Assembly (NCBI GenBank): GCA_048938005.1
Contig: JBHLMQ010000056.1
Span: 1-20,211 of the forward strand
Source of the DNA: Promethearchaeota archaeon
GTDB taxonomy: Archaea; Asgardarchaeota; Lokiarchaeia; Sigyniarchaeales; SOKP01
DNA length: 20,211 nucleotides
Reading direction: 5' to 3'
Below the pieces are notes generated by a model. The model was not told the DNA's origin. It saw only the letters and a list, made by a program, of their open reading frames with translations, and did not search any database. Made by a program: the position numbers and the translations under genes. The number at the start of each line of letters is the position of its first letter. The stretch's first letter is position 1. Positions 7,651-16,513 of the stretch are shown here, one piece after another.

Positions 7651-8988
7651 TTAAGGGAAAATTCCTCTCAACTCAATTGCTCTGGCTAATCTTGAAATAG
7701 CAATAATATATGCGGCTATTCGAAGAGTAATATTCTTTTCTTTTGATAGATTATAAACTTCCTCAAATGAACTTACAAGAATATTTTTTAACTCTTGGTT
7801 AATTCTATCTAATTTCCAAAAATAACTATGAATATCTTGAATATACTCAAAATAAGAGACACATAAGCCTCCAGCATTAGCAAGAATATCAGGGACTATT
7901 ATTATCTCCTTTTTTTTCAAAATATTATCGGCTTCTGGAGTAGTTGGTCCATTAGCACCTTCTAATATAATTTTACAATTAATTTTAAAAGCATTTGATT
8001 GGGTTATTTGGTTTTCTACTGCTGCTGGGATTAAAATGTCACATTTAAGCGTTAATAAATCTTCATTAGTGATAAATTTATAATTTTTATTTTGAAAATC
8101 TTTGAAATAGTTATTCCTATCTCTCCATTCTAATAACTCTTTAATATTTAAGCCTCCTTCGGCATATAAACCTCCGGTAATATCCGACACAGCAATAATC
8201 TTACAACCTTTTTCATATAAAATATTAGCAATATGTCCCCCAACATTGCCAAATCCTTGAATTACAATATTCTGGGTTCTTAGATCTATATCTATTTTAT
8301 TGCATAAAGCTTCGAGAACAAAAAATAAACCCATCCCTGTTGCCGTTTCTCTCCCAACTGAACCTCCTATTTCTAATGGTTTCCCCGTCACTACTCCAGG
8401 AATAGCTCTCCCTTTATGCATAGAATAGGTGTCCATAACCCAAGCCATAATTTGCGGACCTGTATTAATATCTGGAGCAGGAATATCCATATCCGGTCCA
8501 ATAATATTTATGATTTCTGTTGTATATCTCCTAGTTAGCCTTTCTAATTCCTCTTTTGATAATTTTTTTGGATCTACACATACACCTCCTTTTGCTCCTC
8601 CAAGAGGTAATCCCAATAAGCTGCTTTTCCAAGTCATCCAAGTAGCTAGTGCTTTAACTTCATCAAGATTAACATTTGGTGCAAATCTAATACCTCCCTT
8701 GCCAGGACCCCGAATAGTTGAATGTTGTACTCTGTAACCTTCAAAAATCTCTAAATCTCCATCATCCATCTTAATTGGAATTGAAACAATTAAAGAACGT
8801 TCTACTCTTTTGAGATATTTCCTAATATTATTACTTAATCCAATTTTTTCGGCAACAATATCGATTTGCTTTTTTGCCATTTCAAATAGGTTTGTCTCAA
8901 TTAAAATTTCTTTCTCTACAATTCCAGAAACATCAATTTGATCAGGTGTAACAAGTGTTATTTGATCCTTTTTTTTATTTTCTAGCAT
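7651..8988 (-). CDS. gdhA: Glutamate dehydrogenase (Glu/Leu/Phe/Val family), paralog 1 with ~30-aa N-terminal extension
   Basis: GPGKGGIRF, MTWK, GGAKGG, PAPD, TGKP, QGFGNVG, EGANGP, NAGG.CVSYFE. Confidence 0.93.
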   Translation of the reverse strand: MLENKKKDQITLVTPDQIDVSGIVEKEILIETNLFEMAKKQIDIVAEKIGLSNNIRKYLKRVERSLIVSIPIKMDDGDLEIFEGYRVQHSTIRGPGKGGIRFAPNVNLDEVKALATWMTWKSSLLGLPLGGAKGGVCVDPKKLSKEELERLTRRYTTEIINIIGPDMDIPAPDINTGPQIMAWVMDTYSMHKGRAIPGVVTGKPLEIGGSVGRETATGMGLFFVLEALCNKIDIDLRTQNIVIQGFGNVGGHIANILYEKGCKIIAVSDITGGLYAEGGLNIKELLEWRDRNNYFKDFQNKNYKFITNEDLLTLKCDILIPAAVENQITQSNAFKINCKIILEGANGPTTPEADNILKKKEIIIVPDILANAGGLCVSYFEYIQDIHSYFWKLDRINQELKNILVSSFEEVYNLSKEKNITLRIAAYIIAISRLARAIELRGIFP

Positions 8989-8991
8989 TTC

Positions 8992-9155
8992 CGAATAGAA
9001 TTCAGTTTTGATTTTTTCATTTTAATTGATTAGATTATATCTCTTCATCTTATATATGTTGTATAATATTTATAAATTTGCCGAATTTTATCCTAGCATT
9101 ATGCTCTCAAAGCGAAAACATTTCGAACAATAAAAAATCAGATGACTTTCATTCG
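8992..9155 (-). promoter_or_regulatory. Phased array of 13-bp palindromic operators plus TATA box upstream of gdh paralog 1
   Basis: TGACTTTCATTCG 9143-9155, CGAAAACATTTCG 9113-9125, degenerate CGAATTTTATCCT 9082-9094, TTTATAAA 9069-9076, CGAATAGAATTCA 8992-9004. Confidence 0.65.
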
Positions 9156-9385
9156 GTTAGTCTATTAAATCTTTTTCATAATAATTTAGGATGCTTTTCG
9201 AATAAAGATAAGAATATTCTTTAAAGAAAAGAGATTAAAAGATTTCAGAGATTTTGAAAATTAAATTTGATGAATTCTTCACAGGTTAATCTCTATTAAC
9301 GAAAATATCAAGAGTATTTATAAAGTTAGGCCACAGAAGGTAAGATCAAGAAACGCTTTATAATATAAATTAAAAATTTAATTAG

Positions 9386-9398
9386 AAAAAAAAAGAAA
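9386..9398 (-). terminator. Oligo-T archaeal-type terminator after gdh paralog 2
   Basis: TTTCTTTTTTTTT on the minus strand a few nt after the TGA. Confidence 0.4.
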
Positions 9399-9403
9399 TA
9401 TTA

Positions 9404-10654
9404 TCATAACCATCCTCTCAACTTCATAGCTTCTATAACTCGGTCAATAGCTATTATATAAGCTCCCATTCTGTTATGTGTTTCGTATTTTTTAGATTGT
9501 TCTACAGTAGAACGGTAAGCTCTTGTCATAACTCTATCTAATGCTTCAAACACCTCTTTTTCGGTCCAAAAATAACGGTAATAACCTTGAACCATTTCGA
9601 AGTATGAGACTGTAACTCCTCCTGCATTGCATAAAAAATCAGGAATAACATCAATGCCTTTCTCAAAAAGGATTTTATCTGCATCTGGAGTTGTAGGACC
9701 ATTGGCAAGTTCAGCAATGATCTTACAATTAATATTGTTTGCGTTTTTATTAGTGATAACATTTTCAAGAGCGGCTGGAACTAATACATCACATTCTAAT
9801 TCTAATAATTCTTCATTTGAAATTTCATCAGTTCCTTTTAAACCAACCACCGATCGTGTTTTCTCTTTAAATTCTGCTGCTACCCAGGGATCAATTCCAT
9901 CTTTATTAAAAATGCCACCTTTCGAATCAGAAACTGCAATTATTTTACAATTAAAGTCATCTTTTAATAGTTTTGCTGCCCATGATCCAGCATTTCCATA
10001 TCCTTGAATTACTGCTGTTGCCCCATTTAAGTTTAAACCAACATCTTTAGCTGCCTCCCTAATACAATAAACACCACCTTTAGCTGTAGAAATTGATCTA
10101 CCTGCACTACCACCTAATGGTAAAGGTTTTCCAGTGATAACGGAGGGTGCATGATGACGTACTATGCGTTCATACTCATCTTGCATCCAAGCCATGATTT
10201 GCGGATTTGTATAAACATCTGGAGCTGGAACATCAATATTAGGGCCAATAAAATCAGCAAGTTGTCTAATATAGCTTCTTGCCAGAATTTCAAGTTCTCG
10301 ATTACTCATAGTTCTTGGATCACATATTATTCCACCTTTTGCTCCTCCTAGAGGAATATCAACACAAGCTGTTTTCCAAGTCATCCAAGCACTTAAAGCT
10401 TTTACAAGAGAAGCGCTTTCATCTGGGTGCCATCTAATTCCTCCTTTCATAGGACCTCGAGCAGAATTATATTGAGATCTAAAGCCTTTAAACGTCTTTA
10501 AAGACCCATCGTCCATTTTCATTGTAATTTTTATCACTATAAACCTCTCGGGTTCACTCAGAGCGTTGTAAACCTCAAAATCGGTATCACTGATCTTACA
10601 AGCGTCAGAAAGTTGTTTCTGAGAAATTTTGAAAGGGTCTAAAATTTCACTCAT
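9404..10654 (-). CDS. gdhA: Glutamate dehydrogenase, paralog 2 (resembles Thermococcales-type GDH)
   Basis: GPMKGGIRWHP, MTWK, GGAKGG, PAPDVYT, QGYGNAG, AVSDSKGG, NAGGVTVSYFE. Confidence 0.95.
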   Translation of the reverse strand: MSEILDPFKISQKQLSDACKISDTDFEVYNALSEPERFIVIKITMKMDDGSLKTFKGFRSQYNSARGPMKGGIRWHPDESASLVKALSAWMTWKTACVDIPLGGAKGGIICDPRTMSNRELEILARSYIRQLADFIGPNIDVPAPDVYTNPQIMAWMQDEYERIVRHHAPSVITGKPLPLGGSAGRSISTAKGGVYCIREAAKDVGLNLNGATAVIQGYGNAGSWAAKLLKDDFNCKIIAVSDSKGGIFNKDGIDPWVAAEFKEKTRSVVGLKGTDEISNEELLELECDVLVPAALENVITNKNANNINCKIIAELANGPTTPDADKILFEKGIDVIPDFLCNAGGVTVSYFEMVQGYYRYFWTEKEVFEALDRVMTRAYRSTVEQSKKYETHNRMGAYIIAIDRVIEAMKLRGWL

Positions 10655-10706
10655 ATTAATTTCACTCGTTTTTATTAAATTTCATTTGTTTTTATTTCTC
10701 TTAGAA

Positions 10707-10721
10707 TTGAATTTTTTTCAA
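10707..10721. promoter_or_regulatory. YGAA-N5-TTCR palindrome upstream of gdh paralog 2
   Basis: TTGAATTTTTTTCAA, about 53 nt before the ATG at 10654. Confidence 0.5.
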
Positions 10722-10870
10722 CATAAGCAATAAAAATAAATATTTTCTGAAGAAATTTTATGTTTCTTTTTAATTAAATTGAATAGTAATTAATTAAATA
10801 AAATAATAACAATAAAAGTTTGCTGTGGGAAAGATCTGGGAAACTAATGAGTATTTTTAAATACCTATTC

Positions 10871-13603
10871 TCATTTCTCAATGTGGGCAAATTTGTTTTT
10901 TAAATATTCATGAATAGCTTTTGCTGCTCGTTTTCCTGACCCCATTGCCGAAATCACAGTAGCAGAACCCGAAACTATATCTCCCCCCGCATAAACTCCT
11001 TCTATATTGGTTCTACTATTTTCATCAGTTTCGAGATATCCCCATTTAGTTAGTTTTAAGTCAGGAATTGATTTAGTTAAAATAGGATTAGCAGTAGTAC
11101 CAATACCTAATAATACAGTGTCAGTTTCAATGAAAAATTCAGAATTTTCAATTGGTATGGGTCTTCTCCTTCCTGAATCATCTGGTTTACCTAAACGCAT
11201 TTTAATAGCTTGAATCTGTTTTACATTATCATTTTCGTCTCCTATAAACCTTAAAGGACTAGATAAGAAATGAAATTCAATTCCTTCTTCTAATGCATGG
11301 TGGTATTCTTCTTTTCTTGCAGGCATTTCTATTTCCGATCTTCTATAAACAACTATCACTTTTTTTGCCCCTAATCGCTTAGCTACTCTGGATGCATCAA
11401 GAGCGGTATTTCCACCACCAATAACAGTTACGATTTCTCCTACTTTAATTGGTGTATCATATTCTGGAAATCTGTAAGCTTTCATTAAATTAGCTCTTGT
11501 GAGGAATTCATTAGCTGTTAAAACCCCATTTAAAGTCAATCCAGGGATTTTAGGAAACATAGGGAGTCCTGCTCCTACTCCGATGAAAAAAGCTTCGAAT
11601 CCCATATCCCTTAAATCTTGAAGAGACAAAATTTTGCCAATAATTTTATTATACTTTACTTTAACATCAAGCATTTTTAATGTTTCAATTTCATCTTTAA
11701 CAATCTCTTTTGGCAATCTGAATTCTGGAATACCATAAGTTAATACACCGCCACCTGCATGGAATGCTTCAAAAATAGTGACATCATACCCTTTTCTGGC
11801 AAGCTCTCCTGCACAAGTTAGTCCTGCGGGTCCTGAACCGATAACAGCAACTTTAATATGATTCGGAGCTTTACACTCTGGGCATTCCTTTAACTGATTT
11901 TCTCGTTCCCAATCAGCAATAAATCTTTCCAAATATCCGATCGCGATTGGTTCTTCTAACTCATTCATTAAACATGTTTCTTCACATTGAACTTCTTGAG
12001 GACAAACTCTTCCACAGATAGCGGGTAATAAATTATAGTCTTTCATCACTCTAAGTGCATCAATGTATTTCTCGTCTCTAAGTAATCTTATAAATCGGGG
12101 GATATCAATATTAACTGGACATCCAGAAACACAGTGAGGAAAACCACATTGTAAACACCTCTTAGATTCCAATTTTACCATTTCTAATGTTAATCCTTTG
12201 GGTACTTCCTGAAAATTAGTAACTCTTATATTTGGATATTGTTCCGGCATTTTTGGCCTTCTTAGCTCCTTATAGAACTTTTCTTTTGATAGACTAACTC
12301 TTTTTAATCTATTAAAACTCTCATCTTCCTCACTTATTTCTTTTGATTCAATTAAGTGAAGATCTAATGCTTTTTGGAATAAATCCGCACCTTTTTTAGT
12401 TCTGATAATGACTGTTGACCAATCTGACTCAGATCCGAGAGAACCAACAGCAATATCTGCTTGTTCGGATGTAAAATCACCACAGAAAAAACATCCTAAT
12501 CTACTATAAGTTTTGAGTTTTTTTACAGGTATAGTATAAATGGAATGATCTTTATGAAAAGCATAAAAGCGTCCTTTATCGATATCCATTTTTTTAATAA
12601 CATTAGGAGATATTTGAAATTCAATTTTTAAAAGATTTTTTATATTTTCATAATCAAATGATTCCATACAGAACAGTCCAATTTTTAAAGCAATATTATC
12701 ATAAAAAGGTTTGTTAAATGGATAGAAACTTATTTTTTTTAAAGCTTCCATCATACAGGGCGTACCAACTATTGCAATATTCTTGTAATCTCTTGAGCTA
12801 TGCAATAATTTCAAAGATGGGGTATTAGTGTATTTTGTACCAGCTGTTCTTAATAATTCCTCTTCATTATCAATTAGGACTGGTAAGGGTTTGTGCGGCT
12901 CATCTGAAACGCTGACAGCTATAGCAGCATCTATGAGTTTTTCTTGGAATGCGGTTTTAAGTAAAGATGTGACAATCCCACCATTTTGAGCCAATGTTTT
13001 AATATTCTCATTAGTAGTTTGAGCAGAATATATGTTATAATAATGGTTTATTTGCTCTGCAAACTTTAAGTCTGCATCCTTACTCTCAATATATTTTTTT
13101 AATATTTTAGGAAAGAATGATCTTGGACAACAAGAAAAGCATAGACCACAATTGAGACAAAGATCTTCATTAATATCAAATGAGCTACTTGTGTAATTGA
13201 TAGCATTTACAGGACAAACTGAATCACATAAACCACACCCACAACATAAATTTTTGTCTCTAATTATTGAAACATTCGGGAATAATCCTTTGTTTTCATT
13301 GGATTCTATAAACTTATGAAAAAATCTTGATTGTTCTCCTAAGAATTCTAATGACCCTAATTCTCTTAGATATTCAATATTATAAATCAGATTTTTTTCG
13401 GGAACATCTAACTCACTATTCAATTTCTGAAGATCTAAAGCCCCAATCTCTTTAATTTTTTTTAGGATTTCCTGTCTTTCTTTTTCAGCTTCCTTTATTG
13501 AATTGATGAATGCATTATATTCACCTTCATTGTATCTAGCCTGTTGTAGAATTCTATCCTTATTTTCTATGAATACCTTAACCAATGGCGTTTGTTCTTC
13601 CAT
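10871..13603 (-). CDS. Fusion protein: helical/wHTH-like N-terminus + 2x[4Fe-4S] + FrhB/FpoF-type F420-binding domain + NfnB/SudA/GltD-type FAD/NADPH oxidoreductase
   Basis: CCGCGLCDSVCP and CLNCGLCFSCCP. FrhB motifs AQNGGIVT, AGTKY, VGTPC, IGLFC, GCFFCGD, ADIAVG. NfnB motifs CLQC..CVSGCP, CGRVCPQE.QCE..C, GSGPAG, GIPEFRLP, GGGNTALD, VYRR, AGGD. ATG at 13603 is preferred to GTG 13618 because AGGTGA lies at 13620-13615. Confidence 0.9.
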   Translation of the reverse strand: MEEQTPLVKVFIENKDRILQQARYNEGEYNAFINSIKEAEKERQEILKKIKEIGALDLQKLNSELDVPEKNLIYNIEYLRELGSLEFLGEQSRFFHKFIESNENKGLFPNVSIIRDKNLCCGCGLCDSVCPVNAINYTSSSFDINEDLCLNCGLCFSCCPRSFFPKILKKYIESKDADLKFAEQINHYYNIYSAQTTNENIKTLAQNGGIVTSLLKTAFQEKLIDAAIAVSVSDEPHKPLPVLIDNEEELLRTAGTKYTNTPSLKLLHSSRDYKNIAIVGTPCMMEALKKISFYPFNKPFYDNIALKIGLFCMESFDYENIKNLLKIEFQISPNVIKKMDIDKGRFYAFHKDHSIYTIPVKKLKTYSRLGCFFCGDFTSEQADIAVGSLGSESDWSTVIIRTKKGADLFQKALDLHLIESKEISEEDESFNRLKRVSLSKEKFYKELRRPKMPEQYPNIRVTNFQEVPKGLTLEMVKLESKRCLQCGFPHCVSGCPVNIDIPRFIRLLRDEKYIDALRVMKDYNLLPAICGRVCPQEVQCEETCLMNELEEPIAIGYLERFIADWERENQLKECPECKAPNHIKVAVIGSGPAGLTCAGELARKGYDVTIFEAFHAGGGVLTYGIPEFRLPKEIVKDEIETLKMLDVKVKYNKIIGKILSLQDLRDMGFEAFFIGVGAGLPMFPKIPGLTLNGVLTANEFLTRANLMKAYRFPEYDTPIKVGEIVTVIGGGNTALDASRVAKRLGAKKVIVVYRRSEIEMPARKEEYHHALEEGIEFHFLSSPLRFIGDENDNVKQIQAIKMRLGKPDDSGRRRPIPIENSEFFIETDTVLLGIGTTANPILTKSIPDLKLTKWGYLETDENSRTNIEGVYAGGDIVSGSATVISAMGSGKRAAKAIHEYLKNKFAHIEK

Positions 13604-13604
13604 C

Positions 13605-14489
13605 TTAAGGTGCTTCACCTTTTGATTTTTCTAATGCTCTACATTCCTGTTCATATTGTTCTAATGATTCTTTCTCTTGATCAAGAAACCTATTAGCACG
13701 ATTTAAAAGATTATCAAAATCAATAATGTGCCCATCTACATCTGGACCATCAACACATGCAAATTGAATTTCTCCAGAATGAGTTGAAAATCGACATCCT
13801 CCACACATCCCTGTGCCATCAATCATTATTGTATTTAAAGATACAAAAGTTTTTACCTTCGGTAATTCCTTATTACCATTTGTCATAATGGAAACATTTT
13901 TCATCATAATCAAAGGTCCAATCGCAATAACAGCACTTATTTTCTCTTTTTTTAATAAATCTTGAAGTGGTTTAGTTACAAATCCTTTTATTCCCTCGCT
14001 TCCATCATCTGTACAAATAATAAATCTGTCACTAACAGCAGCTATTTTATCTTTCCAGAATATTAAATCTTTCGTACGAGCACCAATAATAGAAATAATT
14101 TTGTTTCCTACCCTTTTTAATTCTTTTGCTTGGGGATAACATTCAGCTATTCCAACTCCCCCACCAATAATTATAACAGGAGATTCATATTTTTCAATGT
14201 GAATTCTATTACCTAATGGCCCAACAACATCTAGAATATTGTCACCTACATTTTGATTTGAGAGAAGTTTTGTAGTTTTTCCTACCACTTGAAAGACAAT
14301 CGTTATTACCCCTTGATCTGCATTATAATCCGCTATTGTTAATGGAATTCTTTCTCCTGTTTCATTTATTCTAATGAGTATAAAATTCCCAGCAAATGCC
14401 TTTTTAGCAATTATTGGAGTTTTTAGGTCCATCTCAAATAAAGTCCCACTATTACCTAATTGGATTTTTTTTAGAATTTTGTAGGGCAC
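13605..14489 (-). CDS. nfnA: NfnA/SudB (PyrK-like) FAD/NAD-binding [2Fe-2S] small subunit
   Basis: GERIPLTI, VGKTT, GPLGN, GGGVGIA, TDDGSEG.KG, GPLIMM, DGTGMCGGCR..ACVDGP (Asp + 3 Cys cluster ligands). GTG start; stop is 1 nt from the next ATG. Confidence 0.9.
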   Translation of the reverse strand: MPYKILKKIQLGNSGTLFEMDLKTPIIAKKAFAGNFILIRINETGERIPLTIADYNADQGVITIVFQVVGKTTKLLSNQNVGDNILDVVGPLGNRIHIEKYESPVIIIGGGVGIAECYPQAKELKRVGNKIISIIGARTKDLIFWKDKIAAVSDRFIICTDDGSEGIKGFVTKPLQDLLKKEKISAVIAIGPLIMMKNVSIMTNGNKELPKVKTFVSLNTIMIDGTGMCGGCRFSTHSGEIQFACVDGPDVDGHIIDFDNLLNRANRFLDQEKESLEQYEQECRALEKSKGEAP

Positions 14490-14604
14490 GATAGATCCTC
14501 TTGATTTTAAATTTTATTACGTATAGTAGTTCTATTCAAAAATTCAATTTCTAATTGAAGGAATAATCTAACATAAAAAAATTGTATGTAAATTGCCATT
14601 GTTA

Positions 14605-14619
14605 CGGGAATTATTTCCC
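14605..14619. promoter_or_regulatory. GGGA-N6-TCCC palindrome in the divergent nfnA / guaA intergenic region
   Basis: CGGGAATTATTTCCC, 13/15 identical to 19185-19199. Confidence 0.5.
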
Positions 14620-14848
14620 CAGTTCTGGTAATTCCAAGTAATTAAAGTATCTCGAATTTAGATTTTTTTTGAAATATGGTTTACATTTATCAATTTATAC
14701 AAGATTTACAAGTTAAAAAAGCAAATGGTTAATAAGAAAAATTAATTTCTATGGAAGGATTTTTATTAATAAGTAGAAAAAAATTTGTATGTACCTTAAG
14801 ATATTTGAGCGTAATTTATAAACTTGATTTTAAAATCTGTTAAAAGTA

Positions 14849-16414
14849 ATGTTTATGGATACAATAATCGTTTTAGATTTTGGTGGGCAATATGCACATC
14901 TAATAACTCGCCGAATAAGAGATTTAGGAGTGTATTCTGAAATCTTACCATTTGATGTTGATCTTGAAAGAATAAAAACTATTAAACCTAAAGCAATAAT
15001 TCTTTCGGGTGGACCAGGCAGTGTATATGAAGAAGGGAGTCCCCAACTCAGAAGAGAATTTCTTAATTATACAATAAACAATAAAATTCCCGTTTTGGGA
15101 ATATGTTATGGTCATCACCTAATTATGCAAATTCAAGGAGGAAAAATTGAACTTAAGCAAACTAAAGAGTATGGCAGAGCTAATCTCAAGATATTAGAAC
15201 CAAACTTATTATTTGACTCATTAGATAAGGAAGAAATCGTGTGGATGTCACATGGAGACCAAATCACAGAAATAGCTAAAGGATTTAAAATATATGCTAA
15301 AACTGAAACTTGTCCTATTGCCGCTTATGGAAATCAAGAAAAATTATTATTCGGTGTCCAATTCCATCCAGAAGTTGCAAATACTCCAAAAGGAAATAAA
15401 ATTTTAGAGAATTTCATATTTATAATTGCCAATTGTAAAAAAGAATGGAAATTAGAAGGATGGATAAATACTGCAATTGAAGAAATCAAAAAAGAAATAG
15501 GCCCAAATAATAGGGCTATTCTGGGACTAAGCGGTGGCATTGATTCTTCAGTAACTGCTGTTTTGCTACATAAAGCAATAAGTGATCGATTACATTGTAT
15601 CTTTGTAAATAATGGAGTATTAAGAAAAAACGAAGAAATTCAAGTCCAAAAAACATTTAAGGAGAAATTGAAATTTGAGAACTTCCATTATATAGATGCC
15701 GTAGATATTTTTCTAAAAAGGCTTTCTGGTGTTGAAGATCCTGAAGAAAAACGTCGAATAATTGGCCATACATTTATAGAAGTATTTGAGGATAAAACCA
15801 TTGAATTAGAAAAAGCTTATCCAGATATTAAATATCTTGCTCAAGGTACTATCTATCCTGATCGTGTAGAAACAAGTGCTACGAGTAAAGCTTCAGTGAA
15901 AATAAAATCTCATCATAACATAACACTCCCCGAAAATATGAAGTTGGAATTAATCGAACCATTAAAAGATTTATATAAAGATGAAGTAAGAAGAATTGGC
16001 ATGAAATTAGGCATCCCAAAAGAAATCATCTTAAGACATCCATTCCCTGGGCCAGGATTAGCCGTTAGAATTATTGGTTCTATTGATAAAGAGAAGCTGG
16101 ATATACTCCGAAAAGCCGACGAAATATTAATTGAAGAAATCAAGAAAGCTGGAATTTATGAAAATCTTTGGCAAGCTTTTTGTGTATTTCTACCTTTAAA
16201 GACTGTTGGTATTATGGGTGATTACCGAACCTATGAATATATATGTTCAGTTCGAGTAGTTGAATCTTTAGATGCCATGACTGCTAATTTTGCTAAATTA
16301 GATTGGGATTTATTGGAAAAGATCGGAACCCGGATTATAAATGAGGTTAAAGGGATAAATCGTGTTGTTTATGATATATCACATAAACCACCAAGCACCA
16401 TAGAATATGAATAA
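14849..16414 (+). CDS. guaA: GMP synthase (glutamine-hydrolysing), single-chain
   Basis: LDFGGQY, ILSGGP, GICYG (catalytic Cys), QFHPE, SGGIDS, IKSHHN, HPFPGPGLA, KPPSTIEYE. Confidence 0.97.
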   Translation: MFMDTIIVLDFGGQYAHLITRRIRDLGVYSEILPFDVDLERIKTIKPKAIILSGGPGSVYEEGSPQLRREFLNYTINNKIPVLGICYGHHLIMQIQGGKIELKQTKEYGRANLKILEPNLLFDSLDKEEIVWMSHGDQITEIAKGFKIYAKTETCPIAAYGNQEKLLFGVQFHPEVANTPKGNKILENFIFIIANCKKEWKLEGWINTAIEEIKKEIGPNNRAILGLSGGIDSSVTAVLLHKAISDRLHCIFVNNGVLRKNEEIQVQKTFKEKLKFENFHYIDAVDIFLKRLSGVEDPEEKRRIIGHTFIEVFEDKTIELEKAYPDIKYLAQGTIYPDRVETSATSKASVKIKSHHNITLPENMKLELIEPLKDLYKDEVRRIGMKLGIPKEIILRHPFPGPGLAVRIIGSIDKEKLDILRKADEILIEEIKKAGIYENLWQAFCVFLPLKTVGIMGDYRTYEYICSVRVVESLDAMTANFAKLDWDLLEKIGTRIINEVKGINRVVYDISHKPPSTIEYE

Positions 16415-16493
16415 TTTTTTTAAAATTTCCTTCACATGATCCTTTTTTTGCTTATCAAAACCTCCTAATAAATTAAAAAACCTTTTTTATTTC

Positions 16494-16508
16494 ATCGAAT
16501 TATTCGAT
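16494..16508. promoter_or_regulatory. Perfect inverted repeat 5 nt upstream of the pepF start
   Basis: ATCGAA-TTA-TTCGAT. Confidence 0.35.
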
Positions 16509-16513
16509 TTATA

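Noticed and set aside
10643-10667. 10-bp direct repeat AATTTCACTC flanking the gdh2 start codon
   Set aside because: One copy is the ribosome-binding site (GAGTGA) and the other the first codons; plausibly chance, with no element between them.
10871-12260. Calling the GltD-like domain a glutamate synthase subunit
   Set aside because: No GltB subunit in the window, and the partner gene is NfnA/SudB-type, which points to an Nfn-like enzyme.
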